From IMG/VR virus record IMGVR_UViG_3300025138_009100, positions 8,369 to 72,368 of that record: a stretch of DNA of 64,000 nt; one strand, 5' to 3'. Positions 54,710 through 64,000 of the stretch are shown piece by piece. The translations under genes and the position numbers were made by a program. The notes below the pieces were generated by a model. That model saw nothing but the letters and a program-made list of their open reading frames with translations. It was not told where the DNA came from and did not search any database. This stretch comes from a virus. How positions within the stretch are numbered: the stretch's first letter is position 1; each line of letters opens with the position of its first letter.

Positions 54710-55719
54710 TAAAGTCCTTCTGCTTGAGATAAAATATGTTTCTGTATCTTTTTAACGGATGTATCTCCCACATCTTTCTTGGGCATGGGGGGATAAATTA
54801 AATTAAACATTCTGTTCAATTCTCTTTGTATCTTCATTCTTCCTTCTCTACCTGCCTGATCATTATCTGTTAGTACGACTAAGTCTGTCACTCCTGACTT
54901 TATTAGTAGTGACTTTTGAGTTTCAGAAATATCTTTACCAAAAAGACCTACACAGTTCGTAACTCCCGCTTCGTACATTCTCCAAACATCACCTTGTCCT
55001 TCCACTAAAAATAAAGCATGTTTTTCCTTCGCCGTTTCTATTGCGTTGTCGTAATTATAAAGATACTCTGTTTTCTTAAATCCGGTAGAGAATAAATACT
55101 TTGGTTGTATAAAATTCTTTACTGCTCTAGCGATATATGCTATCTCTTTTTTTTCAAAGGTAACTGGGATTATCGCGCGATTCCACATCTTGGAGTTTTT
55201 ATCTATACAATCTTGTACTTCAAAATGAGCTAATGTGTCAGGTAAAAATCCTCTTTTTTCAAAATAAAAAGAATTGTTTAGAGTTTCTACATCTCTTACG
55301 TATTCTGACTGCACGGTCTTTCTCTTTTTACTGAAGATGTTAACTATCTCGTCAAACTCGCTTTTTTTATTCTTTGGCTTTGTAGAAGTAGACTGGTATT
55401 CGTTGCCGATGTTATAAAGTTGACATACGTATCTTAATGTGTCTGAAAAAGTTGAGTCTTCCCTAACACCTCTTATAAATCCGAAAATATCTGTACCGAA
55501 ATCTTCGTGACAACTACGAGTCCAGCACCTCCAGTTCTTTTGTTTTAAAGATATTGACAATCCTTTATCATTATCACCTCCATGTATAGGACACCTCATG
55601 AAAACATTGTCAGACATAGATTCATAGTCTATATCTAAATCTTCTAACAAAACTTCAATGTTGTCTACAATTAGATCTTTTACTTTGTTTAGGTCAAGAT
55701 TTTGCTTTGTCTTGGTCAT
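54706..55719 (-). CDS. dnaG: DNA primase (CHC2 zinc finger + TOPRIM)
   Basis: CPIHGGDN..WRCWTRSC; LVEGQGD; LTDNDQAG; KDVGD. Confidence 0.88.
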   Translation of the reverse strand: MTKTKQNLDLNKVKDLIVDNIEVLLEDLDIDYESMSDNVFMRCPIHGGDNDKGLSISLKQKNWRCWTRSCHEDFGTDIFGFIRGVREDSTFSDTLRYVCQLYNIGNEYQSTSTKPKNKKSEFDEIVNIFSKKRKTVQSEYVRDVETLNNSFYFEKRGFLPDTLAHFEVQDCIDKNSKMWNRAIIPVTFEKKEIAYIARAVKNFIQPKYLFSTGFKKTEYLYNYDNAIETAKEKHALFLVEGQGDVWRMYEAGVTNCVGLFGKDISETQKSLLIKSGVTDLVVLTDNDQAGREGRMKIQRELNRMFNLIYPPMPKKDVGDTSVKKIQKHILSQAEGLY

Positions 55720-55940
55720 CTAGGGTCTCTTTCAAGGTGTGGTGTATACTTAATGAATCTTTCTTCTTGTAGGTCGTAAAATAACCTTTGACCCTCTGCT
55801 TTAACTAGCCAGTATGCGGACTCTGTCATTAGTCCACTATCATAAACCTTCGTGACTTTGTATATAGTTTCCATCTTTGGTAAAGGAATTACATCTCCAT
55901 GAGAAGGTCCACCGTTGAATTCTGCTTCGTATTTACTCAT
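55716..55940 (-). CDS. Small hypothetical protein
   Basis: Probable start MSKYEAEFNGGPSHG at 55940; GGP..G motif. Confidence 0.5.
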   Translation of the reverse strand: MSKYEAEFNGGPSHGDVIPLPKMETIYKVTKVYDSGLMTESAYWLVKAEGQRLFYDLQEERFIKYTPHLERDPR

Positions 55941-57378
55941 TTTTATCCTCTTCAAATGGAAGTTCTGCGCCTTCAATCGCATCGTCAGTACCAGATTTTA
56001 TAAACTCATCTCTTGTTCTTAACTCAGAAAGTTTAGCATAGTCTCCATCCATTTTTAAATTAATATAGTTTCCATCGTGCATTCCGGGTCCATGTCTAGA
56101 GACGATAGGCACAAGTTTTCTGTTGCCTGCCTTTGGGCCGTCCTCTGCAAGTTCCTCTGCTGACTTTTCTTTGAATATAGAGAATGATGTACACAGCCAA
56201 ATAAGCCTGTCAGAACCGCTTACAGCGTCCGTAGATTCTTTTGTTATACCATCTCTGTTCAATTGAACAAAGGCAAGACATGCGAAATCATATTTAACAG
56301 CAAGGTTGTGCAGGTTTGTGATTTGAAATCCAAGTGCTTGATACTCCTGAATGTTTCCAGATATACCAGCAGACGACATCAGTTTTAGATAATCGTAAAC
56401 AACTACGCATTCATTTGTTCTTCCGTTTTCATCTGTACCGACTTCTTGAATTACCCATCGTTTGATGTGATTTAAGATATTCTCAAACGGCGCTCCTGCT
56501 ACACTTACATATGTGTATGGTATATCTTTGATTTCATTCATCGCTGCCTTCACAGCAATAAACTTTTCTTCATCTTGAGCAAACTTACCTGTTGATATTT
56601 CGCTAATAGGAACACCGCTAATATTGGAAAGTATCCTATTTAGGTGATCCTCTTTACTCATCTCTGTATCAAGCATCAATACGGGTACACCCTTTCTTGC
56701 TACAGATACAGCAACGTTATCGCCAAATACAGACTTACCCACCTTGGGGCGAGCAGAAACTAAGTCTACGCATTTACGTCTAAGACCACCTCCGATAGCA
56801 GCATCGTATCTATCGAACCCGCTAGGTACTCCTATCTGGTCACACTTATTCTCAATGAGGAAGTCAACATATTCTTCTAACCCCTCGCCTATCTTTTCTG
56901 GCTTATCTCTAGTATCATCTTCTTGTAAAAACTCCGTGATTGGGTTCTCTACAATTCCGATAATATCATCAATATCTTCATCGCCTTTAATATCTTCTAT
57001 GTCTCTACCAATTTTACTAGCAAGACTTCTAATCTTTCTGGCGAACTCAAACTTTTTAATCTGTGCAGCAAAGTGTATTACATTATCTTTCTTTACTGGG
57101 AACTCCATTAAAGAATTTATGTATTCAAGCTCTTGCTTTGTTTGTATTGTTTCGGAAAAACCCAACTGATCCGCAGCAGAAAGTAGTGCCGGTAGGTCAA
57201 CCTGAGCTTCTTTTATTAATATCTTCTCAATACATTTGTATATTAACTGGTTGTTCTGATGGCAAAAACTATTGTGATCAATTATATCGCTTATTTCAAC
57301 GTATGACTCTAGACCATAAGAGAACAAACCAGCAAGAACTGCTCTCTCTGCGCCTAAGTCTAATAACTTAGATTCCAT
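55933..57378 (-). CDS. dnaB: Replicative DNA helicase
   Basis: AERAVLAG N-domain; GVPSGF; Walker A ARPKVGKS; LDTEM; VYDYLKL; VQLNR; SRHGP; probable start MESKLL at 57378. Confidence 0.92.
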   Translation of the reverse strand: MESKLLDLGAERAVLAGLFSYGLESYVEISDIIDHNSFCHQNNQLIYKCIEKILIKEAQVDLPALLSAADQLGFSETIQTKQELEYINSLMEFPVKKDNVIHFAAQIKKFEFARKIRSLASKIGRDIEDIKGDEDIDDIIGIVENPITEFLQEDDTRDKPEKIGEGLEEYVDFLIENKCDQIGVPSGFDRYDAAIGGGLRRKCVDLVSARPKVGKSVFGDNVAVSVARKGVPVLMLDTEMSKEDHLNRILSNISGVPISEISTGKFAQDEEKFIAVKAAMNEIKDIPYTYVSVAGAPFENILNHIKRWVIQEVGTDENGRTNECVVVYDYLKLMSSAGISGNIQEYQALGFQITNLHNLAVKYDFACLAFVQLNRDGITKESTDAVSGSDRLIWLCTSFSIFKEKSAEELAEDGPKAGNRKLVPIVSRHGPGMHDGNYINLKMDGDYAKLSELRTRDEFIKSGTDDAIEGAELPFEEDKNE

Positions 57379-57380
57379 CT

Positions 57381-57785
57381 CTATCGACCCCCACACCGAT
57401 TACATCGGTGGTATTCTCCATATACCAAATTAGGATGCTCCATGAAGGTTTTTCCGCAAGTAGAACATTCCAGTTCGACCTTTACTGTCTTACCTCTAGT
57501 TCTAGATGTTCTTTTTCTTTCCGCAGAGTATTCGTCTGCTTCCATTTGTTCACCTGTATCAACCCATTTATTTTTCTTGGCTCTCACCGGAATATTCCTT
57601 TTTGCTTCGTTTATATCTCTAGTAACCGTGAAATCTTCATTTACTCCACCCTTAACAGTAACGTCCTGCTTTAATTTTTTGGGTTTTTCTTCAACACTCG
57701 CTTCAGATAAAGAAGACATCAACTGTTCAAGTAATGCCTGTTTCTGTTCTGTGTTTAGATTTTTAAGTAAATCTTTATCTATCAT
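57381..57785 (-). CDS. Protein with C-terminal zinc ribbon
   Basis: CSTCGK...CNRCGG. Confidence 0.55.
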   Translation of the reverse strand: MIDKDLLKNLNTEQKQALLEQLMSSLSEASVEEKPKKLKQDVTVKGGVNEDFTVTRDINEAKRNIPVRAKKNKWVDTGEQMEADEYSAERKRTSRTRGKTVKVELECSTCGKTFMEHPNLVYGEYHRCNRCGGR

Positions 57786-58246
57786 TTTCTTTTACCTTTT
57801 TCAAATAGTATATCAGCCTTCCTTCTTATATTATACTCTCTAGATTTAATATTTTCAAGTCTACCTTGAGCAGTTAATTTCCAGTCATTGATTTTTCTTG
57901 CTAAGTCATCGTTTCTCAAAATGGTTGCGACCTTAGTTTCATGTTTAGCATACGTATCCCAAACACCGCTGCTTATTAATTCAGATATAATACTCTGAAG
58001 AGAGTTCTCACACCATCGTATCACATTTTCGCAACTAGCGCGCTCTGAACCCACATGGTCAACGTACTGCATTAGTTGATAAGCATGACCAAAACATTCT
58101 TCTTGAGTTAACTTTTGCATATCATCTAAAGAAAGAGTTTCTGCTATAGCAAACTCTGGATTAAACTTGGTTGGGGTTATATTCTTGGCGGTTATGTAAT
58201 TATTAATACCATCTAAAAACTCTTTTAATCTTTCAGCGGCAGTCAA
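57782..58246 (-). CDS. Helical/coiled-coil protein, possibly a UvsY-like recombination mediator
   Basis: Mostly helical; near recA; probable TTG start at 58246 with GGAGA RBS. The function is a guess. Confidence 0.35.
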   Translation of the reverse strand: MTAAERLKEFLDGINNYITAKNITPTKFNPEFAIAETLSLDDMQKLTQEECFGHAYQLMQYVDHVGSERASCENVIRWCENSLQSIISELISSGVWDTYAKHETKVATILRNDDLARKINDWKLTAQGRLENIKSREYNIRRKADILFEKGKRK

Positions 58247-58655
58247 TTTGTTTTCTCCAATCTTCAATTTTGTCTGAATATTTTAGTACAATTAAATCAA
58301 TACCGTTTAATGTACACCAGTCTTCTTTTATAAAGTCTCTTTTGACAGAAGTCAAGAACCCAGCTTTTGTTTTATGGAAGAATTTACAAAAATCATAATG
58401 CTGTTGTCCATGAACTTCTACTCCTAGTGATAGATTTGGTATATAAAAATCTAGGAACAGAACAGATTTTTTACTAGGACACCTAGACCCCGGAAGCTTT
58501 ACTTCTTCCAGTATATTATAACCAGAAAACATTTCGTGTAGTAGATCTCTCGCTGTTATATGATAGCGAGATTTTTTAGTTTTGTCATCTTTTTTTACTA
58601 TATATTTTTTAAGATCTAGATTATATTCTCTTCCGTTTAAACCCGTAACTTTCAT
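58233..58655 (-). CDS. Vsr/DUF559-like endonuclease
   Basis: LFLDFYIP..GVEVHGQQHY, RD..K..WC..NGI.L. Confidence 0.7.
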   Translation of the reverse strand: MKVTGLNGREYNLDLKKYIVKKDDKTKKSRYHITARDLLHEMFSGYNILEEVKLPGSRCPSKKSVLFLDFYIPNLSLGVEVHGQQHYDFCKFFHKTKAGFLTSVKRDFIKEDWCTLNGIDLIVLKYSDKIEDWRKQIDCR

Positions 58656-59758
58656 AGAACACTCTTAATCTCGTCGTAAAGAAAGGCTTGTATTTCTTCA
58701 TTCTCTTGAATAAACTTACTAAGGTTTGACATCCCTTGGAACTTAAAGAATTTTTCTACTGCCTCTTGATTAGTAGGATCTACTTTGCTCTTTTTTAATA
58801 GTGATAATATTCTTTTATCCTCAGACCCTATTGCAGACAAGACGGTATACCAAGCGCCCGCTTGTTTGATGAACGTCAATTCGTTTGCTATCTCGCAAAG
58901 CTCTCTGATCTCATCAATACCAGTGCCGTATTTAATATAAGAAACGGCGTTTGAGTTGGGTTTACCTCCAGATGCAGATGTTTTCACTAGCCAGTTGGCA
59001 ACTTGACCCACGTCTCGACCGTTTTCGTCTGTCTCTTCCCACTTGCCTCTATGGGTGATAACCATATTAGTTCCAGCTTGATACTGAATCATATTTCCGC
59101 CGTCTGCCATTTTTGCTGGCGACCACCTAGAACCTCCGGTGTTTGCGATGTTATGCAAGATACAAACTAACATGGCTTTTGTTCTTGATACGTCGTTAGA
59201 AATTCTCTTAAAGAACATAGAGTTTAATCTGGGGAGTTGGTTCCTTACTCCTGTGCGAATGTCTCCATCTAGCTCGTCTTGTGGAACCATGCTAGAAGAT
59301 GAGTCTACAATACCAAAAAAATCTGGAGTATTTTTTACATATGTTTCTATTACGTTTAGAAACGTTTCAGCGGACACCACAGGTTGGGCATCGGTAGCTT
59401 GTACGATCTTGATGTTTTCTACATCTAAACCTTTGATACCTTTAAAGTTCTCTTTTGTTAATCTACCCTCTGTGTTAAAATACACAACCGTCTTGCCTGC
59501 CGCCTGTGCTTTTGCGGCAGCGTATAGCGCTGTGGTTGTCTTCCCCGTTTTGGGGTCTCCAGCCATGATCGTAACACTTCCTTCTCTAAGTCCACCTCCA
59601 AGAGCTAAGTCTAAGGCGGGAGATATAGAAAGGTTCTTGAAGCTTTCTAAGTCTTTAAGTACCTTAGTGCCTTCTTCTACAATGTCTCCATATTTTTTAA
59701 CAATAGCGTTGCTTACAACGTCGTCTTCAAACTTATTCTTCGCTTTCTTTTTTGCCAC
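58652..59758 (-). CDS. recA: RecA/UvsX-like recombinase
   Basis: LDLALGGGLREG, Walker A GDPKTGKTT, NTEG, IVDS, YGTGID, QAGAWY. Confidence 0.9.
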   Translation of the reverse strand: MAKKKAKNKFEDDVVSNAIVKKYGDIVEEGTKVLKDLESFKNLSISPALDLALGGGLREGSVTIMAGDPKTGKTTTALYAAAKAQAAGKTVVYFNTEGRLTKENFKGIKGLDVENIKIVQATDAQPVVSAETFLNVIETYVKNTPDFFGIVDSSSSMVPQDELDGDIRTGVRNQLPRLNSMFFKRISNDVSRTKAMLVCILHNIANTGGSRWSPAKMADGGNMIQYQAGTNMVITHRGKWEETDENGRDVGQVANWLVKTSASGGKPNSNAVSYIKYGTGIDEIRELCEIANELTFIKQAGAWYTVLSAIGSEDKRILSLLKKSKVDPTNQEAVEKFFKFQGMSNLSKFIQENEEIQAFLYDEIKSVL

Positions 59759-60188
59759 TATCTAATCCTCTAAGTTTGTTTAGTCCAGATTTCTTTCCGT
59801 ATGATTTTTTCCTAGTCTTTGCTTCTTTCTTTACATCTAACTCCTGACTGGGTTTGTTTTCTTCTTGTTCTATTAATTTTACTTGCTTTTTTATTTCTGG
59901 TATCAACCGTTTGTTTTTTAAAGAGAATATAGACTTCTGACTAACCAGTGCTTTTACAACTGCTTTTTCTCCGTATTCTTTGATTAACTTATTTGCAGCA
60001 AACATCTGCTGCTTAAAAGTCCAATCCCAAGGTTTCTTATTCCAGAACTTATACGTGAGATTACCTTCATTCTTATACTCTGCTAAACGAAGACACATCA
60101 TTTCTGCTAAATAAGAAGCGCAGGTACAGTGATCTCCAGTGGTTTGATGTTTATACTTACTTTTATCTGTTCTCTTGCGTTTTGTCAT
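59733..60188 (-). CDS. Basic hypothetical phage protein
   Basis: Probable start MTKRKRTD at 60188; Lys-rich. Confidence 0.55.
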   Translation of the reverse strand: MTKRKRTDKSKYKHQTTGDHCTCASYLAEMMCLRLAEYKNEGNLTYKFWNKKPWDWTFKQQMFAANKLIKEYGEKAVVKALVSQKSIFSLKNKRLIPEIKKQVKLIEQEENKPSQELDVKKEAKTRKKSYGKKSGLNKLRGLDSGKKESEE

Positions 60189-60582
60189 ATATAATTGCTT
60201 CTTCAAAACAGTTTTCAATTTCGTCTTCATATTCTTTATCTAATATTAGTTCTGGTGTAATCCACATCTTTTTAGAAACCTTAGATCCTTTAATTATACC
60301 TACTGTATAGTACTCTTTAGAGTCTGACCCTATAGCACCAAGTAAAGATCTAATTAAATAGATGCCGTCTAACCCACTGTCTATATCTATAGTAGCCTTA
60401 TGAGATCTATATTGCAAGTATAATTCTGAAAGAAAGAGATTTTCTTTTTCACACTTGTCTTTTATCTGTATCCATCCTTCAAATTTATCAAAGTTAAACT
60501 CTTCTCCACTCGTTAGTTTACACCTTATCCAGACTGCCTGCTTGTTAGTCCTGTATCTTTCTATCCATTTATCTCTATCCAT
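60163..60582 (-). CDS. Hypothetical protein
   Basis: Intact ORF in a tightly packed operon. Confidence 0.55.
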   Translation of the reverse strand: MDRDKWIERYRTNKQAVWIRCKLTSGEEFNFDKFEGWIQIKDKCEKENLFLSELYLQYRSHKATIDIDSGLDGIYLIRSLLGAIGSDSKEYYTVGIIKGSKVSKKMWITPELILDKEYEDEIENCFEEAIIYDKTQENR

Positions 60583-60583
60583 T

Positions 60584-60883
60584 TTAAACTCTTGTAGAAG
60601 TTGTGCATTCTGACCTTTTTCCTAACTGTTTAGACTTTGTCCTAAAGTCATCTCCAAGAGAAGATCCATTCTCCGTCATTACTGTAGAACCTCTGCTAGA
60701 TGGAATCTGCGAAGCGGCGTGGGTGGGTTCTTTTTTTGTTGGTTTTTTTTGATTCTTGTCTGCATATGCTTTCACCACACTTTTGGCTCTATCTAAGTCT
60801 AATGCGATGTCGTCTACATTTTTTTCCGTATTATTCTCTATGTAAAATTTCTCAATCTTGCTTAATGGTCCTCGTTTACTCAT
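60584..60883 (-). CDS. Small protein with HTH-like N-terminus
   Basis: LSKIEKFYIENN..VDDIALDLDRAKSVVKAY. Confidence 0.45.
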   Translation of the reverse strand: MSKRGPLSKIEKFYIENNTEKNVDDIALDLDRAKSVVKAYADKNQKKPTKKEPTHAASQIPSSRGSTVMTENGSSLGDDFRTKSKQLGKRSECTTSTRV

Positions 60884-61205
60884 TTATGAATCTCCTGTTA
60901 GTTCTAGTTAAATAAATTGAATTTTTTGTCTGTAGATATATTAAGTAAAAATCAAACGTGTCTTTAGAAACTCTTTTAAGTTTGGTTTCTAGATAGTTTT
61001 GTCTACTTACACTTGAACCCATAGGGTCAAATGGCTGATTCTGATATGTGTTAATAAAGTAATGTATCTTATCTTTTGGTCCCAGAACTAATTTTGCACA
61101 CACTTTCTCTTTAATTGATGCTACGGTTCCGTTCTTATTAAAATCAGTTTCTTTTTTTACTGATAGTTCTTCAAAAGGTTCTTTTTCTTCATTGATATAC
61201 TTCAT
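60876..61205 (-). CDS. Hypothetical protein
   Basis: Intact ORF with overlaps at both ends. Confidence 0.55.
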   Translation of the reverse strand: MKYINEEKEPFEELSVKKETDFNKNGTVASIKEKVCAKLVLGPKDKIHYFINTYQNQPFDPMGSSVSRQNYLETKLKRVSKDTFDFYLIYLQTKNSIYLTRTNRRFINE

Positions 61206-61555
61206 TTTCCCTCCATTATATATTTTGTTTTTTGATTTGTTGACATTTTATTTATATCTTTAAGAGATTTATCTCCTTGTTTGTGATGCCAAGGTTTTTC
61301 AGGAGTTGGATTCTTTTCTTTCTTCATCGCCTCCATCTCGTTGATTTTATTTTTGTTTAAGCGAGTATTCCTGTCAGCAACACCTCCTATCGTATTGCTA
61401 CCCGCCATAAAACTGTGAAGTCCACCAGTAACCACTCTAAACAGACCCTCTTTCTCACACTTGGGACAAGTTTTTAGTTCTGGATCTGTAACCTTTTGAA
61501 AAACATCGCTGACTTCTACTCCACAGTCTCTACATTCATAATCGTATATCGGCAT
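61202..61555 (-). CDS. FmdB-family zinc-ribbon protein
   Basis: MPIYDYECRDCG...CPKC..L.RV. Confidence 0.85.
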   Translation of the reverse strand: MPIYDYECRDCGVEVSDVFQKVTDPELKTCPKCEKEGLFRVVTGGLHSFMAGSNTIGGVADRNTRLNKNKINEMEAMKKEKNPTPEKPWHHKQGDKSLKDINKMSTNQKTKYIMEGK

Positions 61556-62220
61556 TAATTCTCCAGTCTGTTTAATATATTTCCCAGTATTCCGTTCCTT
61601 TGGATGTCGCTATACCCAAGCCTGCATATACCTACACCCTCTAGTCCGTCTAGCTTATCTATTATTTCCTCTAAGCCACTTCTTTTGCTAAGGTCTGTTT
61701 GCTTAATGTCTCCATTGATAATAACTTTGCTGCCTTGACCCATTCGGGTTATAAACATTTTGATTTGTTCCCAAGTGCAGTTTTGTGCTTCGTCTAATAT
61801 CATATAAGAATTATGGAATGTTGATCCGCGCATAATCTCTAGAGGGGCGTACTTGATCTTACCCTCATTATTATAGTGTCCATAGTATGCTCTTCCAAGG
61901 AAAAACTTGAAATTTTCTTGCATTGGCAGGAGGTAGGGCGCTATCTTATCGAGAAGTTCTCCCGGTAGCGACCCTATCTCCTTGCCCGTACATACCAGCG
62001 GACGAGTTACAACGACTTGATCTATGTCCTCTCTGTGTAAATGTTCTGCTGCTATACCAGACGCGATAAAAGATTTACCACAACCTGACGGCCCAGTGCA
62101 GAATATAACATCATTCTCTATTATTGCTCTTATATAATCTTTTTGTCTAGGTGTTTTAGCCTCTACGATTTTTACTTTTTGTGGTGATAAGTTTTCTTTT
62201 CTGGTTTTTCTCTTTGTCAT
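61555..62220 (-). CDS. phoH: PhoH-family ATPase
   Basis: GPSGCGKS, TRP, LPG, MRGSTF, ILDEAQN, TRMG, GD..QTD. Confidence 0.93.
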   Translation of the reverse strand: MTKRKTRKENLSPQKVKIVEAKTPRQKDYIRAIIENDVIFCTGPSGCGKSFIASGIAAEHLHREDIDQVVVTRPLVCTGKEIGSLPGELLDKIAPYLLPMQENFKFFLGRAYYGHYNNEGKIKYAPLEIMRGSTFHNSYMILDEAQNCTWEQIKMFITRMGQGSKVIINGDIKQTDLSKRSGLEEIIDKLDGLEGVGICRLGYSDIQRNGILGNILNRLEN

Positions 62221-62241
62221 CTGTTAGCCTTGTTATTAGTG

Positions 62242-62754
62242 TTACGAGCCAGAACTTCCAAACCCTCCCGATCCTCTATTTGTATCGCTTAAATCATCTA
62301 CTAAATGTAAATCAAAATCATGAACTCTTTGAAATACTATTTGAGCTATCCTGTCGCCTTCTTTTATTCTGTAGTTGTTGTATTGAGAGTTGTACAGTAT
62401 TACTCCTACGTCACCTCTATAGGATGAGTCTATTACTCCTGCAAATACATCTATTCCATATTTATATGCCATTCCAGATCTAGGCCAGATTAAACCAGCA
62501 TAACCTTCTGGAATAGCAAAAGAAATTCCAGTTTTAATCAACTGGTGGGTATGCTTTTCTAGGATTGCTCCTTCTAGTGCGTATAGATCATACCCCGCAT
62601 CCGTAGCGTTTACTTTTGTAGGTATGGTCGCACGATCATCTAATTTTTTAACTTCAAGAACTGGACCGTTCCAAGTTGGGAATGGCGCTCGATGTTTAGT
62701 TTGTGATTGTTTTAACATTGCTTCTCTAGCTAATTCGTCTGGGTGAATACTCAT
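62242..62754 (-). CDS. dut: Trimeric dUTPase
   Basis: AGYDL, PRSG, GVIDSSYRG, RIAQ, RGSGGFGSSG; probable start MSIHPD at 62754. Confidence 0.95.
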   Translation of the reverse strand: MSIHPDELAREAMLKQSQTKHRAPFPTWNGPVLEVKKLDDRATIPTKVNATDAGYDLYALEGAILEKHTHQLIKTGISFAIPEGYAGLIWPRSGMAYKYGIDVFAGVIDSSYRGDVGVILYNSQYNNYRIKEGDRIAQIVFQRVHDFDLHLVDDLSDTNRGSGGFGSSGS

Positions 62755-64000
62755 ATTTCGCATTTTCCTCCTGCGCAGGCAAGTTCTTGCTCTGGTACTA
62801 CGTTGTTAGTTTCCTCGATAACATTTGTAAAATCAACATCTTTGTATTCGCGGTTGATATCAACCCACTCTTTCCAGTTGTAAACATCTTTCATGCAATA
62901 TGTCAACTGTCTTAGGTCTCCCTTAAAGTATTTCTCAGCAAACTTCTTGCATCTGTCTCCCCATTCTTTCTTACCGTTACCTTTAAGCTTTTCTCCTACC
63001 CCAAGAAGACTGTCGCAGGCTGTCCACAGGTTGTCTTCCCAGAGGGTTAGCGCAACTTCGATAAGACCGCTTACAAACAGCGAGGCATCGCCGTAGTGAG
63101 CAACCTGTTCGCTTGGCAAGTACACTGTGGTGAATGGCGCTTGGGGATAGTCCTTGTCTCCAGAAATAGGAAGCAAGGAAATACCACAAAAGTATTTTCT
63201 ATTCTTAAATATATATCTTTCTACTTCGTCCCACTCTTCTGGTTTAACATTAATAGTATTACTAACATTATGATTTAACCAAGGTTGAGTGCAAAGTTCT
63301 GGATTGGTTCCATTGAGAACCCAACTTTTCTGTGTAGACTTTACATAATCTAATAGCTGGATAGCATCTACTGCATTCTTTGTTTTACTTCCATCTGGAA
63401 CTTCTACGCAAAACCCAACAACATCATCACTATCGTTATTACTCCAAACACTTTCTTCACATGCTCTAGGATTAATTTCTTTAAAGTAATTATAGATAGG
63501 CTCCATCTTATTAGCTTGGACGCGACGAATATATCTCTTCGCGTGGTGCGGGTGAATACCGCTAGATGTTCCAAGGATACAGCTTGACGTACCTTCTGGT
63601 TTAATACAAGTAGTTCTAGCCGCTTGGTTTACACCAATGAGTTCTGCAATCTTCTTGTTTGTCTTTTTTACTATGGAAGCACCTCTCTTTTGCGATGTTT
63701 CGTCAAGACAAATGTTGTGTTGCTCCATCATTCCAGTCATACTAACGCCCAGCAAGGCTTCTCTTGCAATAATTCTTTCAGACGCGCCACCAAGGTATCC
63801 AAATTCTGAGAACCCCGCTTGCAACGTACCAATAATTGTAGCAGCGCGGCAAGCGTCAAAGAAGTCTTGTTCTGTTTTGATTTTCGCACAGTTGATTGTA
63901 CTAAGATTACATGCCTGCCATCCTGACTCTTTTGTTTTTTCACAAACAGGCCACATTCCAATTTCCACACAGGGGTTTACTAACAATTCTGTGCTGTCAG
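62751..64000 (-). CDS. nrdJ: Class II (adenosylcobalamin-dependent) ribonucleotide reductase, C-terminal part; 5' end lies beyond the window
   Basis: NPCVEI, CNL, LLGVSMTG, TTCIKPEGTSS, SSGIHP, HNVSNT, YPQAP, C-terminal CAGGKCEI; frame open to the window end. Confidence 0.85.
   Translation of the reverse strand, partial: DSTELLVNPCVEIGMWPVCEKTKESGWQACNLSTINCAKIKTEQDFFDACRAATIIGTLQAGFSEFGYLGGASERIIAREALLGVSMTGMMEQHNICLDETSQKRGASIVKKTNKKIAELIGVNQAARTTCIKPEGTSSCILGTSSGIHPHHAKRYIRRVQANKMEPIYNYFKEINPRACEESVWSNNDSDDVVGFCVEVPDGSKTKNAVDAIQLLDYVKSTQKSWVLNGTNPELCTQPWLNHNVSNTINVKPEEWDEVERYIFKNRKYFCGISLLPISGDKDYPQAPFTTVYLPSEQVAHYGDASLFVSGLIEVALTLWEDNLWTACDSLLGVGEKLKGNGKKEWGDRCKKFAEKYFKGDLRQLTYCMKDVYNWKEWVDINREYKDVDFTNVIEETNNVVPEQELACAGGKCEI

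Noticed and set aside
59139-59765. 208-aa + strand ORF
   Set aside because: Antisense shadow of recA; no RBS or motif. The same applies to the other antisense ORFs in the track (e.g. 56744-57169, 46442-46939, 39086-39508, 21076-21483, 4043-4477).
1-64000. Stop-codon reassignment, CRISPR array, tRNA or rRNA genes
   Set aside because: Genes are intact under the standard code and end in TAA, TAG and TGA. Intergenic gaps are under 100 nt, with no spaced direct repeats or cloverleaf seen.

Overview
This is a gene-dense, AT-rich 64 kb fragment of a large (probably jumbo) tailed dsDNA bacteriophage genome. It reads through in the standard genetic code, and I saw no tRNA, rRNA or CRISPR array. There are two convergent arms. 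(1) The + strand arm (1-20450) encodes very large putative virion/tail proteins. The first carries seven widely dispersed FG-GAP (integrin-alpha-like) blades, and several show conspicuous S/T-G dipeptide enrichment. (2) The - strand arm (20513-64000) is co-directional. It holds nucleotide metabolism genes (class II RNR, dUTPase, dNMP kinase, PhoH) and replication/recombination genes (RecA, DnaB, DnaG, SSB, Cas4-like nuclease). Its DnaE-type polymerase is split into two genes around a DEDDh exonuclease and an HNH gene, with no intein. The arm also has a small envelope-oriented accessory island (Tat-signal DUF1501 protein, secretin-hairpin-like miniprotein, PAP2 phosphatase) and a ~21.5 kb glycan biosynthesis cluster. 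That cluster includes an apparent nonulosonic (sialic-like) acid module (NeuB, HAD phosphatase, NeuA, and a protein carrying GT29 sialylmotifs L/S/III/VS), a dTDP-3-amino-sugar module, many GTs and methyltransferases, and a run of degenerate pseudo-enzymes. The best candidate for a novel system is phage-encoded glycosylation/sialylation, possibly of its own S/T-G-rich virion proteins. Several protein families point to a Planctomycetota host (inference). All family calls come from motif recognition by eye; no database searches were run.
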